Shown here in pieces: positions 35,699-47,328 of a stretch of DNA of 64,000 nt. How positions within the stretch are numbered: position 1 is the first letter of the stretch; each line of letters begins with the position of its first letter. The notes under the pieces were generated by a model, which saw nothing but the letters and a program-made list of their open reading frames with translations, was not told the origin of the DNA and ran no database searches. The stretch spans positions 62,001 through 126,000 of the forward strand of contig CDMY01000249.1 of assembly GCA_001179505.1 (NCBI GenBank), read 5' to 3'. The position numbers and the translations under genes were made by a program. The stretch comes from Vitrella brassicaformis CCMP3155. Lineage: Eukaryota; Protista; Chromerida.

Positions 35699-36542
35699 TC
35701 AGTCTGCAATCCACAGACAGACATGCACACAATATCGATACCAAAAAGGAGTCAAGAGACACGTGCACTTTTCTCTTACAATATCGCGTGCATCGATCAG
35801 TTTGGGATCCCACTCCAGCAGTTGATTGACAGCTGCAAGCTTGCCAAGGAGTGCAGCCTCGTGCATTGCGGTCCGACCAAGCTGTTGCATTGTATCACAA
35901 CCAACACATCTCTTCATTTCAGTAGCAGGACAGAGGATGGTTCCTTTGTGTTGGCACCTTGTCTGTTTGCTTCAGAATCGACGGCCCATACGCGTCGTAC
36001 ATGACTTGCATGGCACCGACCTCATCAAGCGCTGCAAGAAAGGGTGTGTTCTACGCGCAGCCAACAAAATGAAAGTGACGAGACAATCCCTCCTTTCTTT
36101 CGTCTGCTCACCCCGCTGTCGTTTCGTTTGTCCAGTATTGCTACACCGTGAGTTTTGATCATTTGGGTGACAGACGCACACTCGCCCTTTTCCGCGGCCT
36201 TGAACAAGGCCTCAACAACCTCATACTCGTCAGCCTGTCGAGGACAGTCATGAACATGCGCACCACTCAAAAGGGCCAACCACGCGTCCCACACCCCACC
36301 ATCTCTTGCTGGGGCTGATGCCAATGCGCGGCGACGGAAGCGCTTGAAAGGCGACGCAGGGGCGCCCCGACGGGGAGGGGGCGAGACGGCAGCAGCGGTT
36401 TCAGGGAGCACCCGGGGCGAGACGGCTGGTTGCGAGCTTAGCGCACATTTGCTGTGGGGAGGGGACCAGCTTTTCGCCCAGACCTTGCCTTGTCGATACG
36501 AGAGGGCAAGGGCATACTCAACAAACGAGGAGACTACGAGGT

Positions 36543-37670
36543 ATGCAGTCACTGAAGTCGTCCAGCAAGAGCCTTCACGAGCTCAGTGCCAAGGCACTCG
36601 ACGGGTGAGTACAGTACAAGAGCAACAGCGCCGCACAGCAGGCGAGGAAGTGATTCATGTCGTGTGTCTGTGTGTCTGTGTGTCTGTGTGTCTGTGTGTC
36701 TGTGTGCGTGTGTGGGAATGTCTACGACACGCAGGGCCACGGTCAACTTCAAGGACTATGCGGGCAAGGTCCTGCTCGTCACCAACGTGGCATCCAAATG
36801 AGGCCTCACCGAGGTGACAACAACACCACACCACACAAGAGGCCCTTCAAGCGGTATTCTTCACCCACCGCCTGTCTGTCTGTCTGTCTGGGTGGATGGC
36901 TTCAGACCCACTACACCCAATTCACGGAGATCTGGCAGCAGTATCAGGACCGCTTCAAGGGAGGGGAGGAGGAGGGCGGCTTCGAGATATTCGCTTTCCC
37001 GTGCGCTCAGTTTGCCAACGAGGTAGGTAGGTAGGTAGGCAGGCTGCAGGCTGCCAGGCTGCACGTGGTGTGGTGACTGACATTCGGCTGGCAGGAGTTC
37101 CCGGACGCGGCCGACATCAAGAAATTCGTCGCGGCCTACAACATCCCTGAGAAATACAACGTCAGAATGATGGAGAAAATCGACGGTGCGTCGGTCGTGT
37201 CGGGTTACTCGCCAGGCCATTCAGGCCATTGGTCGATCTCGTTGCATGGGTGGGTGTTGCCTTGTCGGTGTGGGTGCAGTGAACGGCCCGAATATGCATC
37301 CGGTGTTCTCGTTCCTCAAGTACCACTCCAGCCTCTATGACGACCAGTCCAATGCGGCCAGTCCGATCTCGTGGAACTTCGGTCAGTCACCAGAAACAAG
37401 GACAGACAGAAACGACAGCGATTGACACACACGAGACGAGACGAGACAGACGCTCCTGCGTCTGTTGGTCGTCAATTACCAGGGAAGTTTTTGGTGGACC
37501 AGGACGGCCATGTCGTGAAGTACTACGGGCCCGAAGTCATGCCTAAGTAAGTGAAGCGACCACCGTTGATGTCACGAACCTCTCTCTCTGTCACGTTGCC
37601 ATTCCCAACTGTTAGGTCGCTCATTCCGGACATCGACCAGGTCATCGCTCGTGCGCCGCCCCCACAGTGA
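36543..37670 (+). CDS. GPX: Selenocysteine-containing glutathione peroxidase
   Basis: LHELSAKALDG|ATVNFKDYAGKVLLVTNVASK-TGA(36799-36801)-GLT, FEIFAFPCAQFAN, VNGPNMHPVFSFLK, ISWNFGKFLVDQDGHVVKYYGP. Real stop at 37668-37670. Extra 5' coding sequence cannot be excluded. Confidence 0.93.
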
Positions 37671-37749
37671 ACAATCGAAAGAGAGAGGTAGCCCTGACGC
37701 CGTCTCCCCCTCCGCCCTCCTGCCCCCATCTTCGCTTGCCTTGCCGCGG

Positions 37750-37800
37750 ATGATGGCTGCACCGTCAAACCCCCTACAGCGGGGCTCGGTGCGGCCTGAG
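37750..37800 (+). promoter_or_regulatory. Type II SECIS element in the GPx 3' UTR
   Basis: ATGAT-ggctgcaccg-tcAAA-cccc(c)tacagcgggg-ct-cggtgcggcc-TGAG: GA/GA quartet, 10-bp helix II, unpaired AAA and apical mini-helix, 80 nt after the stop. Confidence 0.9.
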
Positions 37801-38235
37801 AGCTTCTCTGGCCTGTTGGTCTGCTGTGTGGCTCCCTATGGGTGTAGGGGGGGGCTGCGCCGCCGGCCGGTGGAAAGGGGAGGAGAGCGAGGCAACGCGA
37901 CTTGGGGGAGGGAGGGGGAGAGGGGCATGGGGCTGGCGGGAAGTCGTGTATGTATTTTGGTATTGTGTATGTGTGTGTGTGTGTTGCGCAAGTCTGTATT
38001 TGTCGATCGGTCGATCGTGAGGCTAGGACTGATGGCTGGATGGATGAATGGCTGGCTGGCTAGCTGGCTGGATGGCTGGATGGCTGGATGATGGCTGCAA
38101 TGCAGCTACATGCATGTATTCTGTTTGGATGACTGTGAGCGACTCGGGATCGATTCAACGCGATTGCTGCTCCGTGTCCATCATTCGCCTCGAGTCATGC
38201 GCCCATCCCTCTTAGAAAAGATTCCAATATGCATA

Positions 38236-38445
38236 GCAGGGGGGGCCATGTTGCTGCGGTCAATAAGTTGATAAAGTGGGATCCCAAACTGATCGACGCA
38301 CGCACCAACGTCAGTTTCAATTGCAGAAAAGAGAGCTCACACATGTCTCTGACGCCTCGGTGTGTCGATTCTGTGTGCGTGTGTTGATTTCAGCATGGCA
38401 CCACGCCATTCATGTCGGCTGCCGTGGGTGATGAAGTCGATGTCT
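38236..38445 (+). pseudogene. Orphan ankyrin exon-intron-exon fragment
   Basis: GGHVAAVNKLIKWDPKLIDARTN, then the family-typical intron (acacatgtctctgacgcctc..gattncag), then HGTTPFMSAA. No flanking family exons. Confidence 0.8.
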
Positions 38446-39044
38446 TGTATGCACATTGCGTTGGGAGTCGCCACTCAACACGATTTTCTCCATTGCGCCC
38501 TCCTTGAGCGAGGTCCCTCGTTTCCTCAGAGACATGTTCCATCGATGTGTGTATACAGACAGACAGCGGTGATCCATCCATGCGATAGACACGGCAGCAG
38601 CCGAGTTCGTGCGATCACATCAGCAGAGAAAGACAAGGCCACCAGCTCCCCACCCTACTTACAGCCCTCCACCCATATCTACAGCCTCACCCCAATTAAT
38701 TACACACGGCACATCACACCCATAAACCCACACACACACACAAAAACACACGTACAGACAAAGGCGACGGGTCGAAGCAGATGGACGGCTGCATGCCCTC
38801 AGGCATCACGACGCCCTTCATGAATCACGCTACGCTAGCTGGCCATCTCAGTTAGATAAAGACCGACGCCATGCGATGCTCTCTCTCGTCACACGAAAGG
38901 CAGATAGGCACAAGTGGACACGCACACAGATAAACAAACCGCCGACTCACCCACACATACACACAGTGAATTAGCCACACAGATAACACAGATACCATAG
39001 CAACACGCAGCTAAATGGACCCCGTCCATCGACTACTGGCATGC

Positions 39045-42000
39045 TCACGCTGAGCGTCCCAGCACAGTGGGGTTGGGCGACCTCAACTGGGACGGCGTGG
39101 CGTCATCGGGCACCACCGACCGGCTGCTGGGCGTCTGGCTCGTCGGGGTGGGCGCCACGCCCAGCGATATGTCGCCACCCATATCCTCAGCTTCGTCCTG
39201 ACACTCATGGACACACACACAGTGTCTCTCGTCGGGCTGTGCGTGTGGCGGATGTTAAGCCGCTCACCTTCATGCCATCATAGCCAAAGCCCCGGCCAGT
39301 CCGGGGCGCCCTGCTAGACTTCATGTCAGCCTGGGAGACACACACATGGATGGATCATTCCACCACGTCTGTCTCCAATAAGGCCGCATTTCTGACCTTT
39401 CTCGACGTGGCCCGCGAAGAGGCCGATGTCGATCCAGTGGTGCTTCTGGTCTGCACCCAGCTGCTGTGTGAGGCCTTGGAGGATGATGAGTCGTCGGCGG
39501 ACTGCAGCAGACGCGCCTTGCCTTTGCACCGGCGGCACATGCACCAGCCTCCACAGATCAGGGCGACCATGATGATGAAAGCTGAAAGGGGAACACCAGA
39601 CAACATAACATGGTGGGTGCTGGTCGCCGAGTAGCTGTGCTCCGCTGGCTGGCCCTACCGAATATCACTGGCAGGCCGATCGGCAGCACGGGCGAATCGC
39701 CGCCATCGCCAGGGCCTAATGGTTCCTCCACCGCTGCTGGCAGACACAAGACATCAATCAGCACATTTGGCAGCCAGGCCACATCACATCACATCCAGCC
39801 CACCGCCCTCCCTCCCAATCTCTGCTCACCTGCAGCAGGGGCGGCCTGCACCTTTCCATCCAACCCGATGATGCGCACGTCGTTGCCAAACCGGCCCATC
39901 CTCAGCCGCTCGGTGTATCTCTCCCGCAGCCTGGCCAGCACATCGGCTGCAGAGGGCTGGTCTCCCTTGGCAATGACCACCTCGACCGTCACGTTGTCCT
40001 TCTCGTTGTCCTCTGAGAGGGGCGGGGTGGCCATGTCGACGGACAGACGCTCCCGCGGCACCTCAGTCAGTTGACTGAGGCGATTCGACAGGGTGTCTGT
40101 GAACACAGTGGCCACATCGGCCACCTGAACAAACAAAGAGAGAGAAGGGGGAGAGAGAAGTGCGGTGGGTCGAGAGTGTCTTCACCGACTGACCTCTCCG
40201 TATTGGACGTTGAGTGTGAGGTCGACAGTGACAGAGCCCTCCTGGCTGCTCTTCGGGAGGAACTGGTCACCCGATGATGGCTTGGTGCTTTGACACATGT
40301 CTGGCGGGCAGGTGGACACCTGCATTTGGTCAGTCTGCTTCTCGGAGGGGCAGTTCCCCTCCACTCTGCAGAGAGAACGCAATGACAAGAGGGCGAGGGA
40401 GGCCAATAGTGTGTGTGTATATCGCTGCGCTTACATGAATCTGCGTGTCCTCCTGCATTGGCTGTCGCACTCGCCCCACTTGCCCCATCTGCCCTCACAC
40501 TCAGCTGCACACAGACAGACACACACACAGACAGGCAGACAGACAGACGGGAATCCCTTCAGGTGTGTCGCCTTGGCATTGATCCATCCATCCCTCCCTC
40601 GTTCGCACCTGCCCCTCCACATGAAGAGTCCTGTCCCTCTGTGCATATCTCTGCCTTGGTTTCGCCGTCGTCGTGGAGGCACTTCCTGCCCCCTCCCTGT
40701 GCTTCCGTGAGCACCTGGTACGTCCGCCGCCGGAGGCAGTTGTCATCGCAGACGGACCAAGCCCCCCACACGCCCTTGCAGTCAATGGCTGCCACCACAC
40801 ACACACAGAGAGAGAGAGAGAGAGATGAAAGAAGCAATGTGCTTTGGGAGGGGGGAGCCGCGGGGGACTCACTTGGCAGGCACATGTCGCCGGTGCATTT
40901 CTCGGTGACCTTCGTTGTGACCTCATCCAGCGGCCCCTTGTCGCAATCGTACCCGCCCCTTTTGGTGGCCCGCCGCACCGTCTTTTCCCGCCACCTCTCG
41001 CACTCGGCGCTGCACTTGGACCACTCCCCATACTCGGGGTCGCCGCACACATACGGATCGCCGCTTGACGAAGCACCAGCTGCTGCTTCTGCCCCTGCTG
41101 CCGCTGTGGTGCTGTTGGCCGCCTCTTTATCGTTGTCTTTGTTGGCCTTTTCCTTGTCCTTGTCCTTTGCCTTTTGCGCGACGATCTGTTGGTTCTCGGT
41201 CTGCTGTTTGGTGCAGAGGTGGAGGTTGCAGGCAATGGACTGGACGAACCCCGACTGGCGCTTGCAGGGCGTGCCGTCGTTCTGTGGGGTCCTTGTGATG
41301 GTGTAGGTCCGGTGTTTGGTGCAGGTCTCGTCACAGGGCTCCCACATCGACCAGGTGCCACGGCAATCGACGTCTGCATCATCACACGTCATCAAAGTGC
41401 AATCCCAGATCCCAGATCTTTTTGCCCGTGTTGTGTGTGCGCTCACTCCTCTGGTACATCTGCACGTGTGAGGGCCCCCCACACGACTGCTCCCTGTCGC
41501 CCTCACACGCCGTCGAGCACTGACCACCGGCATTGTCACTTCTGGTGACCGTCGGGCCCGCGCTAAGGCCGTCGAGCACCAGAGTGGGCTCCTCATCCCC
41601 CTCACCCAACACACGCACACGGTGGTCGATCTTGTTGGCATCCGAACGCACGCCCTCGTCCTTTTGCAGCAGGGTCATGCTGCTGTTGGTGTTGGTGCCC
41701 CCTGCCGCATCGACAGGGACCCCCTGCGGCGCCATCAGCCCACAGACACACTCGTTGCCCCCACTCAGACCAAAGAAAGGGTAGCCCGGGAACGTCACCG
41801 CCTCTGGGCGCGCACTCGCGAGAGCGATGGCTGTGTCGTTCTCTTCAGCTGCTGATGGTAGAGTGTTGTTGCCGTAAGCCGCCTGCAAGAGTGCTGGCGT
41901 GTTTACGTGAGAACAGAGGTAGAAGCAGAGGTCGACGGTCATGACGGAGGGGTCGTGGATGGGGCGGGGGACGGCGACAGTAACGGAGGGGTGCTCCAGC

Positions 42001-45000
42001 TTCTCGTAGCACCCCACTGGGGCGTAGGACAGGCCTGTGCAGCAACAGAGAGGGGGGAGGGCATATGTGTGTATGTGTGTGTGTGGGTAGGGGCCACTCG
42101 CCTTCGGAGCACTGGTCGGTGTAGCAGGGCTGCTGCTGTGACTCCATGTGTTTGTGGGGGCACTCGTTGCCGTCGCCCTCCCTCTGCTGCGCCACGATGA
42201 ACGTCCGGTTGCGCATGCAGTCAGACCCGCAGGCTGACCACTCGCTCCACGTGCCGTTGCACGACTTATCTGCAAACAGGGGAGGGAGGGGAGGGCCATT
42301 GGTGTCATTGGTGTCATGTGTGTCTGCTACTCCCTCCCTCTCAGTTTGTATGTCTCCCTTACTTGGGCACTGGTCCCCCTGGCATCCGACGCGCTGGACG
42401 TACCCGGCATCAATCGCACACGCACGCCCCTCCCCCTCAGGCCGCTTTGTGACAGTGTACAGCCTCTCCTTGACGCACTGCTTGCTGCACGGCCCCCACT
42501 CGCCCCATTTGCCCTCGCACCCCACACTGACGCCCTCAACCTCCTCGATCAGCTGCTGCTTGTCGCTGAGATCACTGAGCTCGCACTCGGACTCCTCGCA
42601 TTTGTCAGAGTCGAGTTCGACTGTCTGATCTGGGTGGAGGCAGGCCGTGCCCTTGCCGTATGCCGGGCGGATGACAGAGTAGACGCGAGATCGCGCGCAG
42701 GTGCGGTTCCGCTGCGCCATGCACTTGGACCACTCGCTGAAGGCGCCGTAACAATTCTTGACTGATGAGACGAGAGCAACAGAACAATGGTCAGAGAAAA
42801 AGGTTGTTGTGGCCGGGATGTGTGTTACGAGAGAGTGGTGTACCGTTGGCTGGCTCGCATGCATCCGAGTTGCACGGCCTGACGTCGAATTGGCCGTCGG
42901 CTGCGGGGCAAGGCTCCCCTCCCTGGGATTGCAGCTTGGTGACCTTGAAGGTCCTCATCCGCAGACACTCCGCCCCACACGCACTCCACTGGCTCCACCG
43001 GCCCTCACACGCCATCGCATTGCTGGTTGCCGATGCAGTGGTGTTCTTCTCGGCCTCGGTTTCCATGTTGCCGCACTGGCCGTCCCTGCAGGCCCGGACG
43101 ATCTGTGTGCCGTCGGCTACGGGGCACTCCTTGCCGTCGCCCTGCTTCTCCTGCGTCACCCTGAAGCTCTTGATGTGCTTGCAGTTGGCCTGGCACTGAG
43201 ACCAGTCGGCCCACACGCCCACACAATCGACGCTCTTCTCGCCGGCCTCTTGGTCCTCTTTCTCGGCCTCCTGTTTGGCCTCCACGGTGGCTGTCTCTGG
43301 GCAGGCGCACTTGCGCGTCTGCTGGGCGCCCTCCTCGTGTTTGCAGCGTGACCCTCGGCCGACATGTGGCTGGGTGATGGTGAAGCTGCGGGTCTGCTTG
43401 CAGGAGTCGTCACACACCGACCACTGGGTCCACTCGCCCTTGCAGCTCACGTGAGGCGTGTCTGCAGCAGGAGAGTCACGGCACACACATGACTGACTCC
43501 TACGCGTTTGTTGCCTGTGCATGGGGCTTGCTTACGGAAGCTCATAGCGGTAGTGCCGTTGACGGAGCCGAATTGGTCAGAGACGGATCGGTCGGCGTAG
43601 ACGAAGCAGGGCATCTGTGTGGATGTGGATGTGTCGCTGCGCCTAGACCTGCTGGCATAGCACGCCGGGCCGTAGGCTCCCCAATGCCAGGCGGCGTTGG
43701 GGCAGCCGCTGCGAATTTTCGATTCAACGTTGTCGTAGTGCACCTGCATTTGTGTGAGAGGGAAGTGACACAGATGTGCCTTTCTTGCGCGCGTGCGTGT
43801 GTGTGTGTGCTGTGTTGTGCTGTGTTGTGCTGTGTGTGTGTCTACCAGGCACTCTGACTGGCACCCCTCTGTGGTGCCATTGCTCTGACACAATGCCACG
43901 CGGTCATCTGAGAGAGAGAAGCAGCACAACACAGCAACAAAGATACCTCCGGTGGCCATTTGTGTGTGGCAGTGTGGTCTACGTACCATCGCCTGGCACA
44001 GGCGCACCCTCAGCAAAGCCATCGACGGTCGTGGCGTTGCCCCCTGCCGGCAGCCGCGTCTCGTCGGCGTCGAAGCCCGTGCACATGATGCGGTGCCGCT
44101 CGTCAAAGTCGGTCTCGCACTCCCCGTCGAGGATGTAGCACATCCCTATGTGGTCCTTCCGCAGACCTAGGGCGCCCGAGTGGTCGTACTGAAACGTGCA
44201 CCTGGCCACACACATCCATCGCATCGCTGTCATCGTCGAGCATTGAGTGGTGTTAGGTACTTGAGCATGGGCCTCCTCTCGCCCTCTGCGCCAGTGTCGC
44301 ACAGGATCTCGCAGACGGAGGAGACCATGTCGTCGTGCTCGCAGTTGGAGAACATCGGCCAGGCGTTGGTGGGGCCCAGCTTGTCGCAGCTCGGCAAACG
44401 GCCCCAGAGGGTCGTCTTGGCACACCTGCACACACACACAGCGAGAAACAGAGAGAGAGAGAGAGAGTGGGTACGAGCATGGGCGCAGAGGTGGCGAGTG
44501 GGCTGTTTGCTGACCACATGTCGAGAGTGACGACGAACTTCATCTCCGCCACCTGCACTATCCTCTTGCAGTCCGCCAACTCGTCGCTGCACACACGAAC
44601 ACACAGACACAGGCACAAACAGCCACACAGGCAAACCCGACAATCAGGAGATGCCTATGCCTTTCATACGCCACACGAAGTTCAGTACCTGGTGAGCAGC
44701 CAGTGGTGGCTCTGGTGGTTCTTGCAGTCTCCACGCGCCCACCTGCACACACACACACACACACAGAAAACCACGCAAAAGCAGGTGTCACCGTGTCATA
44801 CAGATCTGCCGTGCAATGGTGTGCTGTGCCCGTCACTCACTTGCAGCCGAAGGTCCTGTCAAACACCACCAGCCGGTTGCTATCCGGTGACAGCCTCTCA
44901 TACTCGTCGTCGTCTTCATTCTCCTCGTCGTCGCTCGGCTGCTGCAGCATCCGCGAGTAGCCCAGCGCCGACACAGCTACTGAGATCCCATCTCTGCCAT

Positions 45001-45112
45001 ACTGGCGGCTGGCGCCAGAATTGTGTTGTGAGATCTGCAGGCCGAGCGACGCATCTGTTGTGCGGATGGAGGCCAGCAAGGACAGCAGGGGAAAGGCAAG
45101 AAAGTGCGTCAT
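39045..45112 (-). CDS. Type I membrane protein with Cys-rich N-terminus, nine thrombospondin type-1 repeats and a WSC domain
   Basis: Signal-like MTHFLAFPLLSLLAS. Nine CxGxW..WSxC-type motifs between about 43440 and 40780. WSC: VGCYE..CFYLC..FGLSGGNECVCG..CSTACEGDREQSCGG. TM LPIGLPVIFAFIIMVALICGGW then RRCKGKAR. Ser/Thr-rich tail ends LGRSA-TGA. Confidence 0.85.
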
Positions 45113-45581
45113 CGGCTGGTCGGCTGGGTGAGCAAGAGTCAGCAGGGTTTGTGACCCCACGGCCGTTACTCCCTCCGGATTGCATTGCATTGCATTTCGG
45201 CTGCAAAATCGGTCACAAAATGCGCATTCGTGTAGGCACCACACCACAAATGTAGGCACATGTGTCCTGCGTGTATGTACCCGTCGGTCAGCCAATCGCC
45301 CCTACTACGCACTCCATGCCACGCCATGCCATGCCATGCCGCCAAAAGTGTCAAAATACGCACATAAACCCACAGATGTTTGTATGTATGTATACGGACC
45401 AAACGAATGACAGTCTAAGCACGGGCAGCCTGTCCATCTGTACACACCACACCACACCACACCACATACACACCAGCCCAGCCACACATCTCATCTCACC
45501 TCACCATGCCCCTCACGCACACCCACCCACTCGTCTGACTGACTGACTGACTAGTAAGCCTCTCATTCATGGTTCGTTCGT

Positions 45582-47272
45582 TCATTCGTTCCTCTCTCTC
45601 TTGGGCTGTGCGGCCAGGTGGCCCACGGCGATGGCGGGGGGCGCAGCAGCGGGGCCGGCCGGTCCGGGGTTGGCCGACTCACCGCCCGCCGCACCCTTGC
45701 TGTTCCGCCGCACAGCCAGGCTGCTGTCCAACACGCGCAGCTGAGCCATGAAACCTGCAGACATGCGCACCCGAGATGGGCGAGTGGGAATCGGATGGAT
45801 GGGTGGGCGTTGACCTGTGTTTGGCGAGGCGAATGGTCGCTGTGTCTGCACCAAGTTGAGCGCCTTGTCCATCGGCAGATGGAACTCATCCTGACACCCA
45901 CACATCTGTCTGTGTGTGTGCTCTTTCCGGCTGGCTTACCATGAGGAACGCAGTACAAATGGTGGGTGCCCGGCTGATGCCCGCACCGCAGTGAACCAAC
46001 ACCTGACCGACACATCCATCAAACACAGATACATACGTACACACGACGTTCTGCAGCCTCTATGCCGTCCAGCCCCCCTCTCCCTCTCTCTAACCTTGCC
46101 CCCTCTGTGTATGGCGTCCCTGATGAACTCTATCGCTTTGGGGAAGAACCGAGATATGTTTTCTGACACACAGACACACACAAGTACACAAGACACCTGC
46201 ACCTGTGTTGTTGGCCACTGTGATGTGTCCGCCATGCACTGACCTGAGGGCGTGTCGTCTGCGGGAATGACGTGGTACTCGAAATCGCTAGGGAACCGGG
46301 GCGGCAGATTCACACAGCAGCAAACTGCACCCAGGCAATGAACAAGCAGCATCGTCATAGTCAGTCACACTGGCCCGTCCGGGTGGCCTCCTAACTTGAC
46401 TCACTGTGTGTGATGCCCTGAGTGCGAAGCTGGTAGCGGTCGTTGGCAGGGTGAAACGAACCCTGCAAAGAGATGGGCGGGCGAGCCTTGCAGATGATGC
46501 TACCTTCTGTTCGTTCTCATACGACCTTCCTTACCAGCCACAGACCCGGAACAACCTGCTGCATCTGTGCAGCCAAACCACACACACACACGCACAGGCA
46601 CACACACAGACGGAGGGAGAGTGAGCGCCCTCGATGTGTGTGGTCCGTGTTGGGTGATGCTGGTACGCGATTGAAGTCAGCGCGTCCCTCCTGGACAATC
46701 TTCATCTCCTCCTGGAACCTGTGTATGAGTCCCTTGCCCTGCAGGTCCAGCAGCACCTTGTCGCGCAGGGAGCTCTTGTGCGCCTCCCACGCGTCGGCGT
46801 CGCTGTGCTTGGACACGTTCGTCACCGCCATGCGGTACTCATCCAACACACTACACCCACACACAAAGCACACACCTTTCTCGCCACGCCATCGATGCCA
46901 TTGTTCCAGCCATTGTCTGCTTGCCTCTTGATGTGGCTGGGGCAGCCTCCAGAGTGGGAATACGTCAGCAGGGCTGCACACAGAACAGAGAACACACCGC
47001 AGAGGTGCCGATGGATCTGCGGACTTGGTGAGGTCACGGCTCACCTGCGAAGTAGAATGCCACCTCATCTCTGTCGATGAGCGGCTCCCGCGTAGGGAAC
47101 AGCATGTTACGCAGGAAATGCATGACTGCACGAATTCACGAGAGACAATTCGCCCGCAAAACACGACGGAAGGCGAGCTTGAAAGGCAAAACCCGAAAAA
47201 AGAAGGCGCTACCTTTTCAAGACGCTGGCCACACCCAAGGCAAGATGGATGCAGAGAGGAGTTTGTGGCCAT
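45582..47272 (-). CDS. Dual-specificity protein phosphatase
   Basis: VVPGLWL, FEYHVIPADDTPS, ISRFFPKAIEFIRDAI, VLVHCGAGISRAPTICTAFLM (HCxAGxSR), RPFASPNTGFMAQL. 5' exons uncertain. Confidence 0.88.
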
Positions 47273-47328
47273 TTTGCAACGATAGATCTGCTCTGTGTTG
47301 TGTCGGTGCCTTCAGGCTGGTTGCAACG

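Larger units (their letters stand above)
30653..35699 (-). mobile_element. Penelope-like retroelement with N-terminal GIY-YIG endonuclease (Chlamys/Naiad-type domain order), decayed
   Basis: 103-bp direct terminal repeats and a probable 4-nt TSD CAGT (30649-52 and 35700-03). Removing the element restores an ankyrin exon like that at 54370-54400. GIY-YIG motifs, CPC motif and RT motifs occur in that order. Confidence 0.85.
28933..36237 (-). pseudogene. Ankyrin-kinase fusion gene, interrupted by a retroelement and truncated in kinase subdomain IX
   Basis: Ankyrin exons at 36237-35700 and 30650-30150. Kinase exons GAGGFGTVYKG, VAIK, HRDLKPGNIL, ITDFG, YMAPE. Similarity to the 55.5 kb paralogue ends abruptly at 28933. 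Insertion at 30653-35699. Confidence 0.85.

Noticed and set aside
30653-35699. LTR or DIRS retrotransposon interpretation of the direct repeats
   Set aside because: No TG...CA ends, and no protease, RNase H, integrase or tyrosine recombinase motifs. The RT has PLE-type DK and thumb motifs with a GIY-YIG domain.
39045-45112. Calling the TSR protein a TRAP orthologue
   Set aside because: No vWA/MIDAS motif was recognised, and the predicted tail lacks the subterminal Trp typical of TRAP-family proteins.
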